Positions 39,165 to 50,429 of a stretch of DNA of 64,000 nt are shown piece after piece (the stretch's first letter is position 1; every line of letters begins with the position of its first letter). A program made the translations under genes and the position numbers. Under the pieces are notes generated by a model. It was not told where the DNA came from. It saw only the letters and a list, made by a program, of their open reading frames with translations, and did no database searches. This DNA comes from an uncultured Candidatus Rokubacteria bacterium (GTDB taxonomy: Bacteria > Methylomirabilota > Methylomirabilia > Rokubacteriales > CSP1-6): positions 192,001 through 256,000 of the forward strand of contig CAVWFS010000018.1 in NCBI GenBank assembly GCA_963754315.1. The letters are read 5' to 3'.

Positions 39165-40537
39165 GAGGATCGGCGCGGCGGCAACCCCTTGGGTCCAAGC
39201 TCCGCCCAGCTGCCGGCTTCCATGAACTGGCGCCAGCGACAGTAGAAGCCGCGCTGATTGTTCTCGCTGGCTGTCCCCACCGGCACGTCGTTGATGACTC
39301 CGGGCAGCCGAAGGCCATGGTCCTCGAAGGCGTGAGTCTCCCGCCCGAGGCCCATCTCGTAGTTGTAGGGATACTGGCGGGCGATGGTGCCACGGCTGGC
39401 GGCATGGGCGTAGTTCCAGTTCTCCATGTCGTCCTGCTCGGTCAGCCCTGCCGGACCGGAGTAGCGGATGTAGTAGTGGCGCAAGTAGTCCTTGACCTCG
39501 GCCGGAGCATCGGCGTCGACGAGATACCAGCGCCATACTTCAGTGTGGTGAGGGCCACGCGGGTGCCACACGGCAAGCGTGCGCGGCTGGCGGGCCAGGG
39601 GCGACATGTTGGGGAAAACGGTGCCGGGGCCGCCGAAGAGCCGCCACAGCTCACCACGCCGCAGGCGGCGGGCCTCCTCGCAGCCTCGGAAGTAGTCGGC
39701 CACGGCGGGCGCGTCCTGGTAAGCCGGCGCGACGGCCGAGTCGGGTGGCCGCAGGAACGTGATCATCGAGTGCCCGAGGTCGGGAAACGAGACGTCGAGC
39801 CACCGCGACTCGTTTCGCTCCTGATTGTCGCGGCGCCCCTTGCCGCTGGGTCCGATGCCGACCATGTCGACCGAACGGTGGCTGACCCCGTGGTACCGGT
39901 CGCCGGAGAAGTTCTCAGCCGGAAACTTCCAGTTACTGGGGATGCGCCACTTGTGGATTCCCCCGATCACCTCGGTGCCGCCCTCGCGACCGTCCCAGGC
40001 GTCGAGCAGCAGGTCGAGGTAGAGCTTGTAGCCCCCGATGTAGTCGAGGAACGGGGGCGCTGCCGGGTCCCAGGTCGCCCAGATCGCGCCCTTGTAGTTT
40101 TCCATCAGGGCGACCTCGACGAGCCCCCACCGTGACCGGTCGAGTTGGGCCCCGTAGGCATCCTTGGCGAACGGCACGCCGACCAGGGCCCCGTCGGTGG
40201 CGTAGCTCCAACCGTGGTAAGGGCACATGAACTCCACAGTATTGCCGTCATCGTAGCGGCAGACCTTCATGCCCCGGTGTCGGCACGAGTTCAGGAATAC
40301 ATGAATCCGCCCCGCCCGATCACGGCACAGGATGACCGACTCCTCACCCATCGACGATACGAAGTAGTCGCCGGGGCGCGGAATCTGGCTCTCATGTCCC
40401 ACGAAGAGCCAGGCCCGCGCGAAGATCTGCTCCTGCTCACGCCGGTAGATCTCCTCACTCACGAAGATCTCCCGGCTGATGATTCCGCGCTCGACGTCGA
40501 CCAGCTCGTTCACCTTCCCGGACTGTCCGCTGGCCAT
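39161..40537 (-). CDS. Aromatic ring-hydroxylating (Rieske) dioxygenase alpha subunit
   Basis: CRHRG...CPYHGW Rieske motif, NWKFPAENFSGDRYHGVSH, EQDD. Confidence 0.95.
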   Translation of the reverse strand: MASGQSGKVNELVDVERGIISREIFVSEEIYRREQEQIFARAWLFVGHESQIPRPGDYFVSSMGEESVILCRDRAGRIHVFLNSCRHRGMKVCRYDDGNTVEFMCPYHGWSYATDGALVGVPFAKDAYGAQLDRSRWGLVEVALMENYKGAIWATWDPAAPPFLDYIGGYKLYLDLLLDAWDGREGGTEVIGGIHKWRIPSNWKFPAENFSGDRYHGVSHRSVDMVGIGPSGKGRRDNQERNESRWLDVSFPDLGHSMITFLRPPDSAVAPAYQDAPAVADYFRGCEEARRLRRGELWRLFGGPGTVFPNMSPLARQPRTLAVWHPRGPHHTEVWRWYLVDADAPAEVKDYLRHYYIRYSGPAGLTEQDDMENWNYAHAASRGTIARQYPYNYEMGLGRETHAFEDHGLRLPGVINDVPVGTASENNQRGFYCRWRQFMEAGSWAELGPKGLPPRRSS

Positions 40538-40562
40538 GGTGCTTTCTCTCCTGCCGGGCGCC

Positions 40563-41714
40563 TCAGGCCGGGGCGAAGATGCCTCCCGGCGCCACCGAGG
40601 CCGATGCTCCATTCGGGGTGGCGGCGGCAGCCGGTTCCGCAAAGGCCCGATCGCGCTGGAGGGTCGGCATCACGCGGTCGGCGAACAGGCGCATGTTGAG
40701 CTCGGCTTCCTCGTGAGGCATGCCGCCAAAGCCGAATTCGGTGACCAGGTGATCGAGCCCGGTCAGGCGCTGCAGCTCCCCGATCTGCTCCAGGCAGTCC
40801 TGGGGGGTGCCGACGACCTGGATCTTCACGTAGAACTCAGCCGCTTTGCGTCGGTAGCCCTCGTCCTTCATCTTGGTGTACGTCTTGGCCATGCTGCCGT
40901 AGAACTCGTAGCCCTTCACGGATGCCAGGTGCCCGTCCGAGAAGTGATAGTGATTGTCGATCGAGTCGAACTTGCGAGACAGATACGTGAGGGCGCGCTC
41001 CTGCGCCTCCTCCCGGCTCTCCGCGACCGAGATGTTGGTGAGGATGATGGGCGGGCGCGGCGTGTACCCGACACTCGTGGCAATCTCCCGGTAACGATCG
41101 ATGTCGGCGGCCGCCTTCGGCCACTCGTTCTGCATGACGACCAGCACGCCGAAGCCGAGCTTGGCCATGATCTCCGCCGACTCCGGGCTCACCGACGAGG
41201 CATAGAAACGTCGCTCCGGATGCGAGATGGGGCGGGGACGTATGGAAGTACTCGGGATGTGGAAGAACTCACCGTCCCAGTCGAAGACCTCGTGGGTGAG
41301 TGCCTTGACGACCACCTTTGCGGCCTCCACGAAGCGTGGGCGAGCCTCGTCCATCGGAACGCGGAAGCCGGCATACTCGACGCTGGCCGCCCCCCGCCCG
41401 AATCCGAAGAGGCATCGGCCACCCGATAGGACGTCCAGGAGGGCAATCTCCTCCGCCACCCGAACCGGATCGTGCCAGGGCAGGACGATGACGGCTGTCC
41501 CCAGGGTGATACGCCGGGTACGTCCGGCGTAATAGCTCAGCAGCTGGGTCGGCGCCGGGGACATCGCATAGCCGGTGAAGTGGTGCTCGAGGGCAAACAG
41601 CGAATCGAAGCCGAGCGGCTCGGCCAGGTCGCCGAGGGCCAGGTGCTCGGCGAACACCGAGGCATCCGAGCGCCCCTCCTTGGTCAACATGTTGAGGGCG
41701 ATGCCGACTTTCAT
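40563..41714 (-). CDS. LLM-class flavin-dependent oxidoreductase
   Basis: GFDSLFALEHH, PVRVAEEIALLD, GFGRG. Confidence 0.9.
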   Translation of the reverse strand: MKVGIALNMLTKEGRSDASVFAEHLALGDLAEPLGFDSLFALEHHFTGYAMSPAPTQLLSYYAGRTRRITLGTAVIVLPWHDPVRVAEEIALLDVLSGGRCLFGFGRGAASVEYAGFRVPMDEARPRFVEAAKVVVKALTHEVFDWDGEFFHIPSTSIRPRPISHPERRFYASSVSPESAEIMAKLGFGVLVVMQNEWPKAAADIDRYREIATSVGYTPRPPIILTNISVAESREEAQERALTYLSRKFDSIDNHYHFSDGHLASVKGYEFYGSMAKTYTKMKDEGYRRKAAEFYVKIQVVGTPQDCLEQIGELQRLTGLDHLVTEFGFGGMPHEEAELNMRLFADRVMPTLQRDRAFAEPAAAATPNGASASVAPGGIFAPA

Positions 41715-41739
41715 GGAATCCTCCGGGTGACGCTATCCG

Positions 41740-43421
41740 TCAGCCAGCTCGTCGGTTGCGAAGCACGCGGCCGGGGAAGGCACCAGTGTGCTTGCCGTGA
41801 TCGAACACCGCTTGACCACCGACGATGACGTGCTCCACACCCTCTGCCCCTTGCACGCGCCGTGGTGATCCGGAAGGCCCGTCGCGGGTAATCTCGTCGT
41901 CCTTCACTCCGATACGCGCCAGGTCGAAGACCATGAGGTCGGCCACCATGCCTTCCCGGACAAGCCCGCGGTCGTTCAGACCCATGATACGGGCGGGCTG
42001 GAAGGTGAAGCGGCGGATCGCGTCCTCCAGGGTGAGCAGCTGGCGCTCGCGCACCCATTCGCCGAGGACATAGCTCGACTCGCCGGCCGTGCAGTAGTTG
42101 GTGTTGAGGTGGGCGCCGGCGTCGGTCTGGGAAGGTATCGCATGCCCGGTCTTCACGTACTCGGCCAGCTCCACGTCCTCCTCGGGCGACCGCGACTGCT
42201 GCAGGAACTCGGTCTCGAGCTTTTCCTCGACGGCGAGATCCAGCATCATGTCGGCCACGTGCTTGCCGTGCGCCTCGGCGAGCTCGGTCAGGCTGCGTCC
42301 CTCTAGCGCCTGGTTCTTGGCGAGAGCCGCCTTGCTGACGATGATCGACTTCCACTTGATGAACCGTCCAGGGACACCTGGCCGTCGCCGCTGGCGCTGC
42401 AGGGCCGCCTCCCGCAACTCCGCCCGCTTCTCGGGATTGGTCAGGAGCGTCATCCGCTCCTCGAAGGGTTTGGCCATCACCACATCCCACACATCGAGGT
42501 TGCCGAAGTAGGTCGTCTTCTTCAGCCGGAATCTCGGATTGAACGGGATGGCCCGGAGCAGGTTGTAGAGCTGGGCGCCCTGGCGGGCTGCCCCCTCCAC
42601 GTAGCCACGCGCGCTCGCGTCGAATCCCAAGAAGAAGACCGGGCGCCCACTCGCCTGCGCCACCTCGAACAAGTGCTGTCGATCAGCCTCGTCGGGCTGG
42701 CCGGCACCGGGCGGCAGGATCTCGATGATGCCGCGGTTGAACTCACCCAAGGTTCGACCGAGAGCGACCCGCTCGTCGTTGGCGGCCAGCCGGGTGGGCA
42801 CCGGCTCTCCGCGCGGACCAGCATGGGTTGGCGAGACCGTGGTGCTCCAGCCCCAGGCTCCATCCGCCAGGGCTCCCCGCAAGAGCTCCTGCATGGTGGC
42901 GATCTCGTCGGCGGTGGCCGGGCGGTCCCAGGCAGCCTTGTCCATGGCGCTCAGGCGCAGAGGATTGTGGCCGACGAGCGGCATCATGTTCACGCCGAGC
43001 CCGATGTCGATCGCATCGAGGTATTCCCCGAAAGTCTCCCAGCTCCAGGTCAGCACGCTGCTGAGCGACCGTATGGGCAGGTCTTCCACGCAGCAGAATG
43101 TGGCCAGCATCGCCTCGCGGTGTTCCGGCCGAAGCGGGGCCAAGGTCAGCCCGCAGTTGCCAGTGAGGACGGTGGTCACCCCGTGCCAGACCGACGACGT
43201 GCACAGCCGGTCCCAGAAGGGCTGGGCATCGTAGTGCGTATGAAGATCGATCACACCCGGCGCCACGAACAGCCCCTCGGCGTCGATCGTAGTGGCGGCC
43301 CCCCTCGTATCTTGCCGATCTCGACGATCGTCCCGTCCTTGACGGCGACATCGCCGCGATAGCGAGAGAATCCCGTTCCGTCGACCACCATGCCGTTCTT
43401 GATCAGCAGGTCGTACGCCAT
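41740..43421 (-). CDS. N-acyl-D-amino-acid deacylase family amidohydrolase, frameshift near 43300
   Basis: [25 protein letters not shown] in one frame, then [21 protein letters not shown] in ORF 41740..43266. Confidence 0.88.
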
Positions 43422-43451
43422 GACGTCTCCTCTGCCTACTCGGGGCTTAGA

Positions 43452-44564
43452 CTACAGTTTGTACAGCCGCGCACAATTGTCCCACAGGACCTTGCGCTTG
43501 CTTGCTTCAGACAGATCCGCCTGACCCAGGAACGAGTCGATGGCGTGCGGAAAGCGCGAGTCGTCGTGGGGCCAGTCGGTCGACAGCACGAGGTTGTCGT
43601 CGCCGACCTCCGTCACCACGTGCTTGGCCAGTTCCTCCTCGGGCTCGACGGACACGAAACACTGGCGTCGGAAGAGCTCGGAGGGCTTGGCATCTTGCTG
43701 GAACAATTCGCGATCGCCCCACTCTTCCCAGCGCTCATCGAGGGCCCACAGCCACCAGGGCAGCCAGCTGCAGTTGCCTTCCAGGAATGCCATCCGCAGG
43801 CGCGGAAAGCGGGACAGCACGCCCCCCGTCACCACGGCGCCCAAGGTGAGCATCATCTCGACCGGCTGCCCGCAGGCATGACTGAGGACAAGGTTGTCGA
43901 GATAACGCTTGGCTAGGTGGTCGGCATAGGCGGCATGGTTGCCGTGGAAGGATACGGCCACGTCCAGCTCCTGGGCGGCTGCCCACAAGGGGTCGTAGTA
44001 ACGGTCGTAGATGGGCCGGCCGTTGATCATGTGCGACGGCAGCACGAGCGTGATGGCCCCCAGATCGTGGACGGCGAAGCGAGCCTCGGCGACGGCGAGA
44101 TCGATGTCTTGAAGAGGCACCAGGGCGGAGGCCTTCAGGCGCTCGGGGCTCTCCGTGCAGAAATCGGCTATCCAGCGGTTCCAGGCGCGACTCATGGCGG
44201 CCGCGAAGGCGGGCTCCAGCCCATCGATGTTGATAGCGTGGGTCGCCCACGTTCGGAACAAGATCCCAACGTCGACTCCCTCGATGTCCATGGCCTCCAC
44301 AACCGACTTGGGCGGCGTGCTTCCCCGACCGAGCCGTTCCCATCCCGGAGCCCGCATGCGGAACGACCAGGCGCGCTCTCGTTCAGGACGGTCGGCGTAG
44401 GGGGGAAGGACCATGCCGTCTACCCGAGCCCGCATCTGCCCCTGGCGATCCGGGATCGTGGTGATGCGGGTGCGGAACTTCGGATCAAGATAGTTGTCCC
44501 ACAGCGTTCCGGGTTCGACGACGTGCAGATCACTGTCCATGACGCGTAAGCCATTCTTGGCCAT
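43452..44564 (-). CDS. Amidohydrolase_2 family protein
   Basis: DSDLH, SFHG, FLEGNCSW, STDWPH. Confidence 0.9.
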   Translation of the reverse strand: MAKNGLRVMDSDLHVVEPGTLWDNYLDPKFRTRITTIPDRQGQMRARVDGMVLPPYADRPERERAWSFRMRAPGWERLGRGSTPPKSVVEAMDIEGVDVGILFRTWATHAINIDGLEPAFAAAMSRAWNRWIADFCTESPERLKASALVPLQDIDLAVAEARFAVHDLGAITLVLPSHMINGRPIYDRYYDPLWAAAQELDVAVSFHGNHAAYADHLAKRYLDNLVLSHACGQPVEMMLTLGAVVTGGVLSRFPRLRMAFLEGNCSWLPWWLWALDERWEEWGDRELFQQDAKPSELFRRQCFVSVEPEEELAKHVVTEVGDDNLVLSTDWPHDDSRFPHAIDSFLGQADLSEASKRKVLWDNCARLYKL

Positions 44565-44662
44565 ATCCGTCTCCGGTCAGGGGCCGCTCGAGGAGGCGTT
44601 TTGCCCGTTGTCGGGGCGCTTCCATGAACCAGGCCTGACGGGCCGATTGTAATGCAGTCCGG

Positions 44663-45327
44663 TCAGGGGGGCGCGGTGGTTCTCCCGATCGCCTTGCGCG
44701 CCCACACCACGTACAGTGGGTCGCCGTTACCAGGCGAGCGATCCTCCTTCTTGAGGTCAATCCAGCCGCCTGCGCTCTCGAAATACCTGGCCGACGAGGC
44801 TGAGATGCTGCTGGTCGTCGGTGCCGAGCCAGACGGCCACGGCTTTGGTGTGAAAGCAGCGGTTCGAGAAGGAGACCACGAAAGGGGCCCCGGGCCGCAG
44901 CACACGGCAAACCTCACGAAAGACCAGCAGCGGATGGAGCAGGTACTGGATCGACACCGCGCACATGGCGCCGTGGAACTCTTCGTCGGCAAACGGCAGC
45001 CACGGCTCGCGGTTCAAATCGTGGACGACGTGTCGCGTCAGCTGTGGATTGTCGACCATCTCCTCGGCGTTGAGCCCGAGGCCTACCACGGTGCGCGCCG
45101 GCAGGCCTGGCGGCAGATGACTGCGCCAGCTGCTCATGAGGTCGAGGAGCGGCCCGTGGGCGGGCAGCACGTCGGCATAGGCGTGGCACAGCGCCGCGAT
45201 GGCTCCGTCGTCGATGTGGACAACCTTGCGGGGATGGGCATAGAACTCGGGGTCGGCTCCCTCATCGTCGCGGACGTAGGCGCTCGGCGGAAGCAGATCG
45301 TCTCCTCGCAGATGGTTCGGGGCTCAC
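44663..45327 (-). CDS. Class I SAM-dependent methyltransferase (type 11), frameshifted near 44790 and probably near the start
   Basis: DEGADPEFYAHPRKVVHIDD, LDLMSSWRSH, GLGLNAEEM, SFSNRCF, GDPLYVVWA in shifted frame. Confidence 0.8.
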
Positions 45328-45346
45328 CGTGGGCCCGCCGTGGAAG

Positions 45347-46309
45347 TCAATACAGGTGACAGGCTGTGAAGCGCCCTGGCTTCACCTCTTGCCACGACGG
45401 CTCTTCGCTTCGGCACTGCGGCATCGCCCGAGGACACCGGGGATGGAAGCGACAGCCGGGCGGTAGATTCATGGGATTGGCCACCTCGCCGGCCAGGACG
45501 ATGCGCTGGCGTTTCGCCGACGGATGCAGGGGAAGGGCCGCCGACAGGAGCGCCTCCGTGTAAGGATGCAACGGCGTCGTGTAGACACCATCGCACTCTC
45601 CGGTCTCCACGAGCTTGCCCGCGTACATCACGGCGAGACGCGTGGCGAGGTAGCGGGCGGCCGCCAGATCGTGCGAGATCATGATGTAGGCGAGGCCCAG
45701 CCGGTCCTGCAGCCCCTTCAGGAGATTGAGTATCTGGGCCCGGATGGAGACGTCGAGAGCCGAGACCGGCTCGTCGAGCATGATGAACTTGGGATAGGTC
45801 ACCAGAGCGCGGGCAATGGCGATGCGCTGGCGCTGGCCGCCGCTGAACTCGTGGGGATAGAGGGCGGCGCTGGCGCGTCGAAGGCCCACCAGCTCCAGGA
45901 CTTCGCCGACCCGCTCCCGCACGGTGGCGCGGCTGCTGGTACCGTTCTCCCGGGGAAGCGGTTCGGCCACGATTTGCTCGATGCGCATCCGGGGATTCAA
46001 GGAGCTGTACGGATCCTGAAACACGGCCTGGACCGAGCGGCGATATCGCGCGAAGTCGGCACGACCGAAGTCCCGCACCTCCTTGCCGTCGAGGAGCAAA
46101 GATCCCTCGGTGGGTCGTTCCAGGAGCAAAAAGAGCCGGGCCAGAGTGCTCTTGCCGGACCCCGATTCGCCGACGATGCCCAGGGTCTCGCCCTCGGCCA
46201 CCTGAACGCTGACCCCGTCGACGGCTTTGATCCAGCCGCGCACGCCAGCCACCCCGAAGCCTCCCGTCACCGGAAAGTGCTTCTTCAGGCCGACACCTTG
46301 CAGCACCAT
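45347..46309 (-). CDS. dppF: Oligopeptide/dipeptide ABC ATPase
   Basis: GESGSGKS, FSGGQRQR, DEPVSALD, HPYT, CRFHPRC. Confidence 0.92.
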   Translation of the reverse strand: MVLQGVGLKKHFPVTGGFGVAGVRGWIKAVDGVSVQVAEGETLGIVGESGSGKSTLARLFLLLERPTEGSLLLDGKEVRDFGRADFARYRRSVQAVFQDPYSSLNPRMRIEQIVAEPLPRENGTSSRATVRERVGEVLELVGLRRASAALYPHEFSGGQRQRIAIARALVTYPKFIMLDEPVSALDVSIRAQILNLLKGLQDRLGLAYIMISHDLAAARYLATRLAVMYAGKLVETGECDGVYTTPLHPYTEALLSAALPLHPSAKRQRIVLAGEVANPMNLPPGCRFHPRCPRAMPQCRSEEPSWQEVKPGRFTACHLY

Positions 46310-46310
46310 T

Positions 46311-47304
46311 TCAGTTGTGCGCCCCCGGCGCGGGGGCGAACCAACAGTGCGCGGTATGCCCGCTTTCCACGGACACCATCGCCGGAAACGCCTCGTCGCA
46401 GACGGGCTGGCGCAGGGGGCAGCGGGGGGCGAAGGCGCAGCCGGGCGGGAGGCGAGCCAGATCGGGAGGCTGTCCCCCGATCTCGATCAGCTGTTGACGC
46501 TTCAGCTCGACATCAGGCAAGCAACTCAGAAGCGCTCGCGTGTAGGGATGCGCGGGCGTATTGAAGACCTGCAAGGTGCTGCCCATCTCCACGATCTTCC
46601 CCGCATACATCACGGCCACCCGGTCCGCGTTGGCGGCCACGATCCCGAAGTCGTGGGTGACCAGGATGACGGCCACCCCGGCTTCGCGCTGCACTTCCTT
46701 GAGCAGCTCCAGGTACTGCGCCTGGATGGTGACGTCCAGGGACGTGGTGGGCTCGTCCGCGATGAGCAGGCGCGGCGCGCATGACAGAGCGATGGCGCTC
46801 GAGACACGCTGCCGCATCCCTCCGCTGAATTGATGCGGGTATTGCCGCAGGCGCGTGTCGGGGGCGGAGATACGAAGGCGCGAGAGCGCTTCCCGTACCC
46901 GCCCCCGCAGGGAATCCCCGCGCAGCGCCTGATGCAGTCGCACGACCTCGCTGACCTGGGTGCCGACGGTGAGGGACGGGTTGAGCGAGGTCATTGGGTC
47001 CTGCAGCACCATGGCGATCTGCTTGCCTCGCACATGTCGCATGTCGGCCGGACTCTTCTGGAGCAGATCCTCGCCCTGGAAAAGCACGCGGCCGCCCACG
47101 ATCCGTCCGGCCGGCTCGGGAACGAGCCGCACCAGCGACAGACACGTTACCGACTTGCCCGAGCCCGACTCTCCCACCAGGGCCAGGGTCTCCCCGGCGT
47201 TCAAGGTGAAGCTGACTCCGTCCACGGCCTTGGTGACGCCCTGGCGGGTGAAGAAATACGTCTTGAGATCCTCCACGACCAGCAGGGGGCCGGACTCGGC
47301 TCAT
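46311..47304 (-). CDS. dppD: Oligopeptide/dipeptide ABC ATPase, probable frameshift just after ATG 47304
   Basis: GESGSGKS, QDPMTSLNP, FSGGMRQR, DEPTT, CAFAPRC. Confidence 0.9.
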
Positions 47305-47312
47305 TCGCGTTC

Positions 47313-48845
47313 CTATTTGCCCTTCAGCTTTAGATCTTCGTAGGGAGCGGAGAACGCGTAGCCGGCGATGAGGCCGAGCCCCGACTCCTCGATCCTCGGG
47401 CCGACGCCGTTGAGGCCGGCGTTGAGCCAGATCGGCGCGAACATCACCTTGTCGTGAATCAGTTGCTGGATTCGCTCGAGCGTCGCCGATCGCCGCTTTG
47501 GTTCTAGCTCGCTGGCTTGCTCCCGGAAGAGCCCGTCGATGTCGGAATAGCTCCCGTAGGCGTAGGTGCCGCCCGCCGCGACGAAGGCCTCGATCCGCGT
47601 GGCCGCGTTCCCGAAGGCGCCGCTGGCGCCCTGAATCAGCCCTTTGTATTTCTTTTCCGCATAGCCCTTGAAGAAGGCCGCCCGCTCTAGCGGCCGGAGC
47701 CTGGCCTGCACCCCGGCCCCCCGCAGATAGTTGAGGATGGGTTCGGCGATGTTGGTGAAGGCCACGTCGCACGTATAGTCTCCGGCGTCGAAACCGTTGG
47801 GATACCCGGCCTCCGCCAGGAGCTGTCGCGCTCGGCCGGGATCGTAGGGGTGGCCCGGTGGCTGCCAGTAGTATTCGAAGCTCCTCGGGATGATGCTCCA
47901 CGTCACCTTGGCGAAGCCCAGGAGCTCGGCCTGGTTCACGGCGGCCCGGTCGATAGCCAGGTTGGTGGCTAGCCGCACGCGCCGGTCGTGCCATGGCGAC
48001 TTCGGGTCCCACTGGTCGGGGAAGTACAACCAGAAGGTAGCCTGCCCCACGACGGGCCTCAGAGTCAGCCCGGGTGTACGTCGAAGCTGCTCGGCCAGCT
48101 CGCCGCGGACTGAGTAGGCCACGTCCACCTCACCCCGCCTGAGGGCGGCCAGCCGGGTGGACTCGTCGGGGATAGCCTTGAGCACCAGGCGCTTCACGCT
48201 CGGCGGTTTGCGCCAGTACTGATCGAAGGCCTCGAGGACGAGCTCCACACCCGGCGTGAAGGAGACGAACTTGTAGGGGCCGGCGCCGACGGGCGCCTTC
48301 TTGAAGCCGTCGTCGCCCACCTTCTCGACGTACTTCTTGGGCACGATCCAGCCGGCGCCGGTGGCTTCTGTGTAGAAGGTCATGAAGTCCGGCCACGGCT
48401 GCTTGAGGCGGATGCGCACGCGGGTCGCATCCGGCGTCTCGATCGCCGCCACCCGCTCCTTGAGCGTCTTGTGGGCGGCGCCCCGGTAGCGCTCGAGCGA
48501 GAACTTGACATCCTCGGCGGTGAGGGGGTCGCCATTGTGGAACTTCACCCCCCGCCGCAGCACGAAGTCGTAGACGAGCCCATCGGGGGACGCGCTCCAC
48601 GACTCGGCCAGACTCGGAGCCATCGGGTTGCCCGGCATCGGCTTCACCAGCGCATCGTGCAGGGCGTACAGCAACATGTACGGCGTGATGATGCCGGACG
48701 TCTCCGCGGGGTCGAACCACGTCGGGGCGAGCGAGACGTGAACGGCCCAGGTGATCTGACCCTCCGGCGTAGCGCCCGCGGGCGCGGAAATGGCTGAGAC
48801 GAGAAGGACGAGCGACGCGGCCAAGAGTCCCCGAACGTATCTCAT
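47313..48845 (-). CDS. Family-5 ABC peptide/nickel substrate-binding protein
   Basis: AAGGAG SD + signal peptide MRYVRGLL; PSLAESW, GVKFHNGDP, GAGPYKF, APYEDLKLK. Confidence 0.9.
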   Translation of the reverse strand: MRYVRGLLAASLVLLVSAISAPAGATPEGQITWAVHVSLAPTWFDPAETSGIITPYMLLYALHDALVKPMPGNPMAPSLAESWSASPDGLVYDFVLRRGVKFHNGDPLTAEDVKFSLERYRGAAHKTLKERVAAIETPDATRVRIRLKQPWPDFMTFYTEATGAGWIVPKKYVEKVGDDGFKKAPVGAGPYKFVSFTPGVELVLEAFDQYWRKPPSVKRLVLKAIPDESTRLAALRRGEVDVAYSVRGELAEQLRRTPGLTLRPVVGQATFWLYFPDQWDPKSPWHDRRVRLATNLAIDRAAVNQAELLGFAKVTWSIIPRSFEYYWQPPGHPYDPGRARQLLAEAGYPNGFDAGDYTCDVAFTNIAEPILNYLRGAGVQARLRPLERAAFFKGYAEKKYKGLIQGASGAFGNAATRIEAFVAAGGTYAYGSYSDIDGLFREQASELEPKRRSATLERIQQLIHDKVMFAPIWLNAGLNGVGPRIEESGLGLIAGYAFSAPYEDLKLKGK

Positions 48846-48859
48846 GGAACCCTCCTTGC

Positions 48860-50387
48860 TCACTTGCCCTTGAGCTTCACATCCTCGTAAGGGGCGGAGA
48901 ACGCCCAGCTCGTGATGAGGCCCAGGCCCGACTCGGCCACCCGCGGGCCGGAGGCGTGGATGAAGCCGAGCTCCCAGATGGGAGCGTACATGGCCTTCTC
49001 GTGCATGAGCTGCTGGATCCGGTTGAGCATCGCCTCCCGCCGCTTGCGGTCGAGCTCGTTGGCCTGTTCGCGGAAGAGCCCATCGATGTCGGGATAGCTT
49101 CCGTAGACGAAGGGGCCGCCGGCAGCCACGAAGGTTCCCGAGGCGGGTGGCCGCGTTCCCGAAGGCGCCGCTCAGGCTGTAGACGACATTCTTCAGTTGC
49201 TTCTCCCCGTAGCCCTTGAAGAAGGCCGCCCGCTCGAGCGGCCTGACCTTCACGCGGATCCCGGCCGCTTGAAGGTAGCCCCCCACCGCCTCACTCATGG
49301 TGGCGGTGGCCGCATCGCACCAGAGGTCGCCGGCATCGAACCCTTTCGGATAGCCGGCCTCGGCCAGGAGTTGCTTGGCCTTGGCGGGATCGTAGGGGTA
49401 AGCAGGCGGCTGCCAGAAGAAGTCGAAGCTCTGGGGGATGATGCTCCAGGTGATCCTGGAGAATCCCAGGGTGATGGCCTCGTTGACGGCCTGACGATTA
49501 ATTGCGTGATTGGCGGCCAGGCGTACCCGCTGGTCGGCCCACGGTGACTTCGGATCCCACTGGTCAGCGAAGACGAGCCAGTGCGTCGACACAATGGGGG
49601 TAGGGCGCAGGGTGAGCCCCGGGCTGCGTTTTACCTCTTCGGCCAGCTCGCCCTGAAGCAGGTAGATGACGTCGGCCTCGCCGCGCTTGAGCATGGCCAG
49701 ACGCGTGGCTTCGTCGGGGACCACCTTGAACACCAGCCGTTTGACGCTGGGGACCTTCCGCCAGTACTGCTCCTGGGCCTCCAGCACAAGCTCCACCCCA
49801 GGATTGAAGGAGACGAACCGATAGGGCCCCGCCCCCACCGGTGCCTTTTTGAAGCCGTCGTCGCCGACCTTCTCCAGGTACTTTCGTGGGACGACCCAGC
49901 CGGCACCGGTGCTGAGGCTTCCGTAGTAAGTCATGAAGTCAGGCCACGGCTCCTTGAGTCGGAAGCGGACGCGCTGGGGATCCACGGTCTCCACCACCGC
50001 CATCTTCTCCTTCAGAAGCTTGGCGGCCGCCCCCCGATAGCGTTCGAAGGAAAACTTCACATCGTCGGCGGTGACGGGATCACCGTTGTGGAACTTCACG
50101 CCCTGGCGGAGGACGAACTCGTAGACGAGGCCGTCCTTCGAGGCGGACCACGATTCGGCCAGGCTGGGTGCCATGGCGTTGCCAGGCAGCGGCTTCACCA
50201 GCGCGTCGTGCAGAGCGTAGAGGACCAGGAAAGGGGTGGCGATCCCCGGGGTCTCGGCGGGGTCGAACCAGGTCGGGGCAAGCGAGATGTGAAGGGCCCA
50301 GGTCATCTGACCTTCCGGCGCGGCCGTGGCTGGTGCCGAGGCGACGAGGATTCCGAGAAGAGCGACGAGGACTGACAGATGTTTCAT
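48860..50387 (-). CDS. Family-5 ABC substrate-binding protein, frameshift near 49138
   Basis: Signal peptide MKHLSVLVALL; C-terminus in ORF 48860..49129 ends APYEDVKLKGK like its neighbour. Confidence 0.88.
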
Positions 50388-50429
50388 CGATCGTCTCCCT
50401 TGACGTCGCGCTGAGATCGAGTCCCGCTC

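Noticed and set aside
37029..44564. Secondary-metabolite biosynthetic cluster
   Set aside because: No scaffold enzyme (NRPS, PKS, terpene synthase) or RiPP precursor seen; content fits catabolism better
47313..50387. 1024-aa 'double' substrate-binding fusion protein in the ORF track
   Set aside because: A frameshift near 49138 creates it: the first gene's true C-terminus and stop are in ORF 48860..49129, and the second gene has its own SD and signal peptide at 48845
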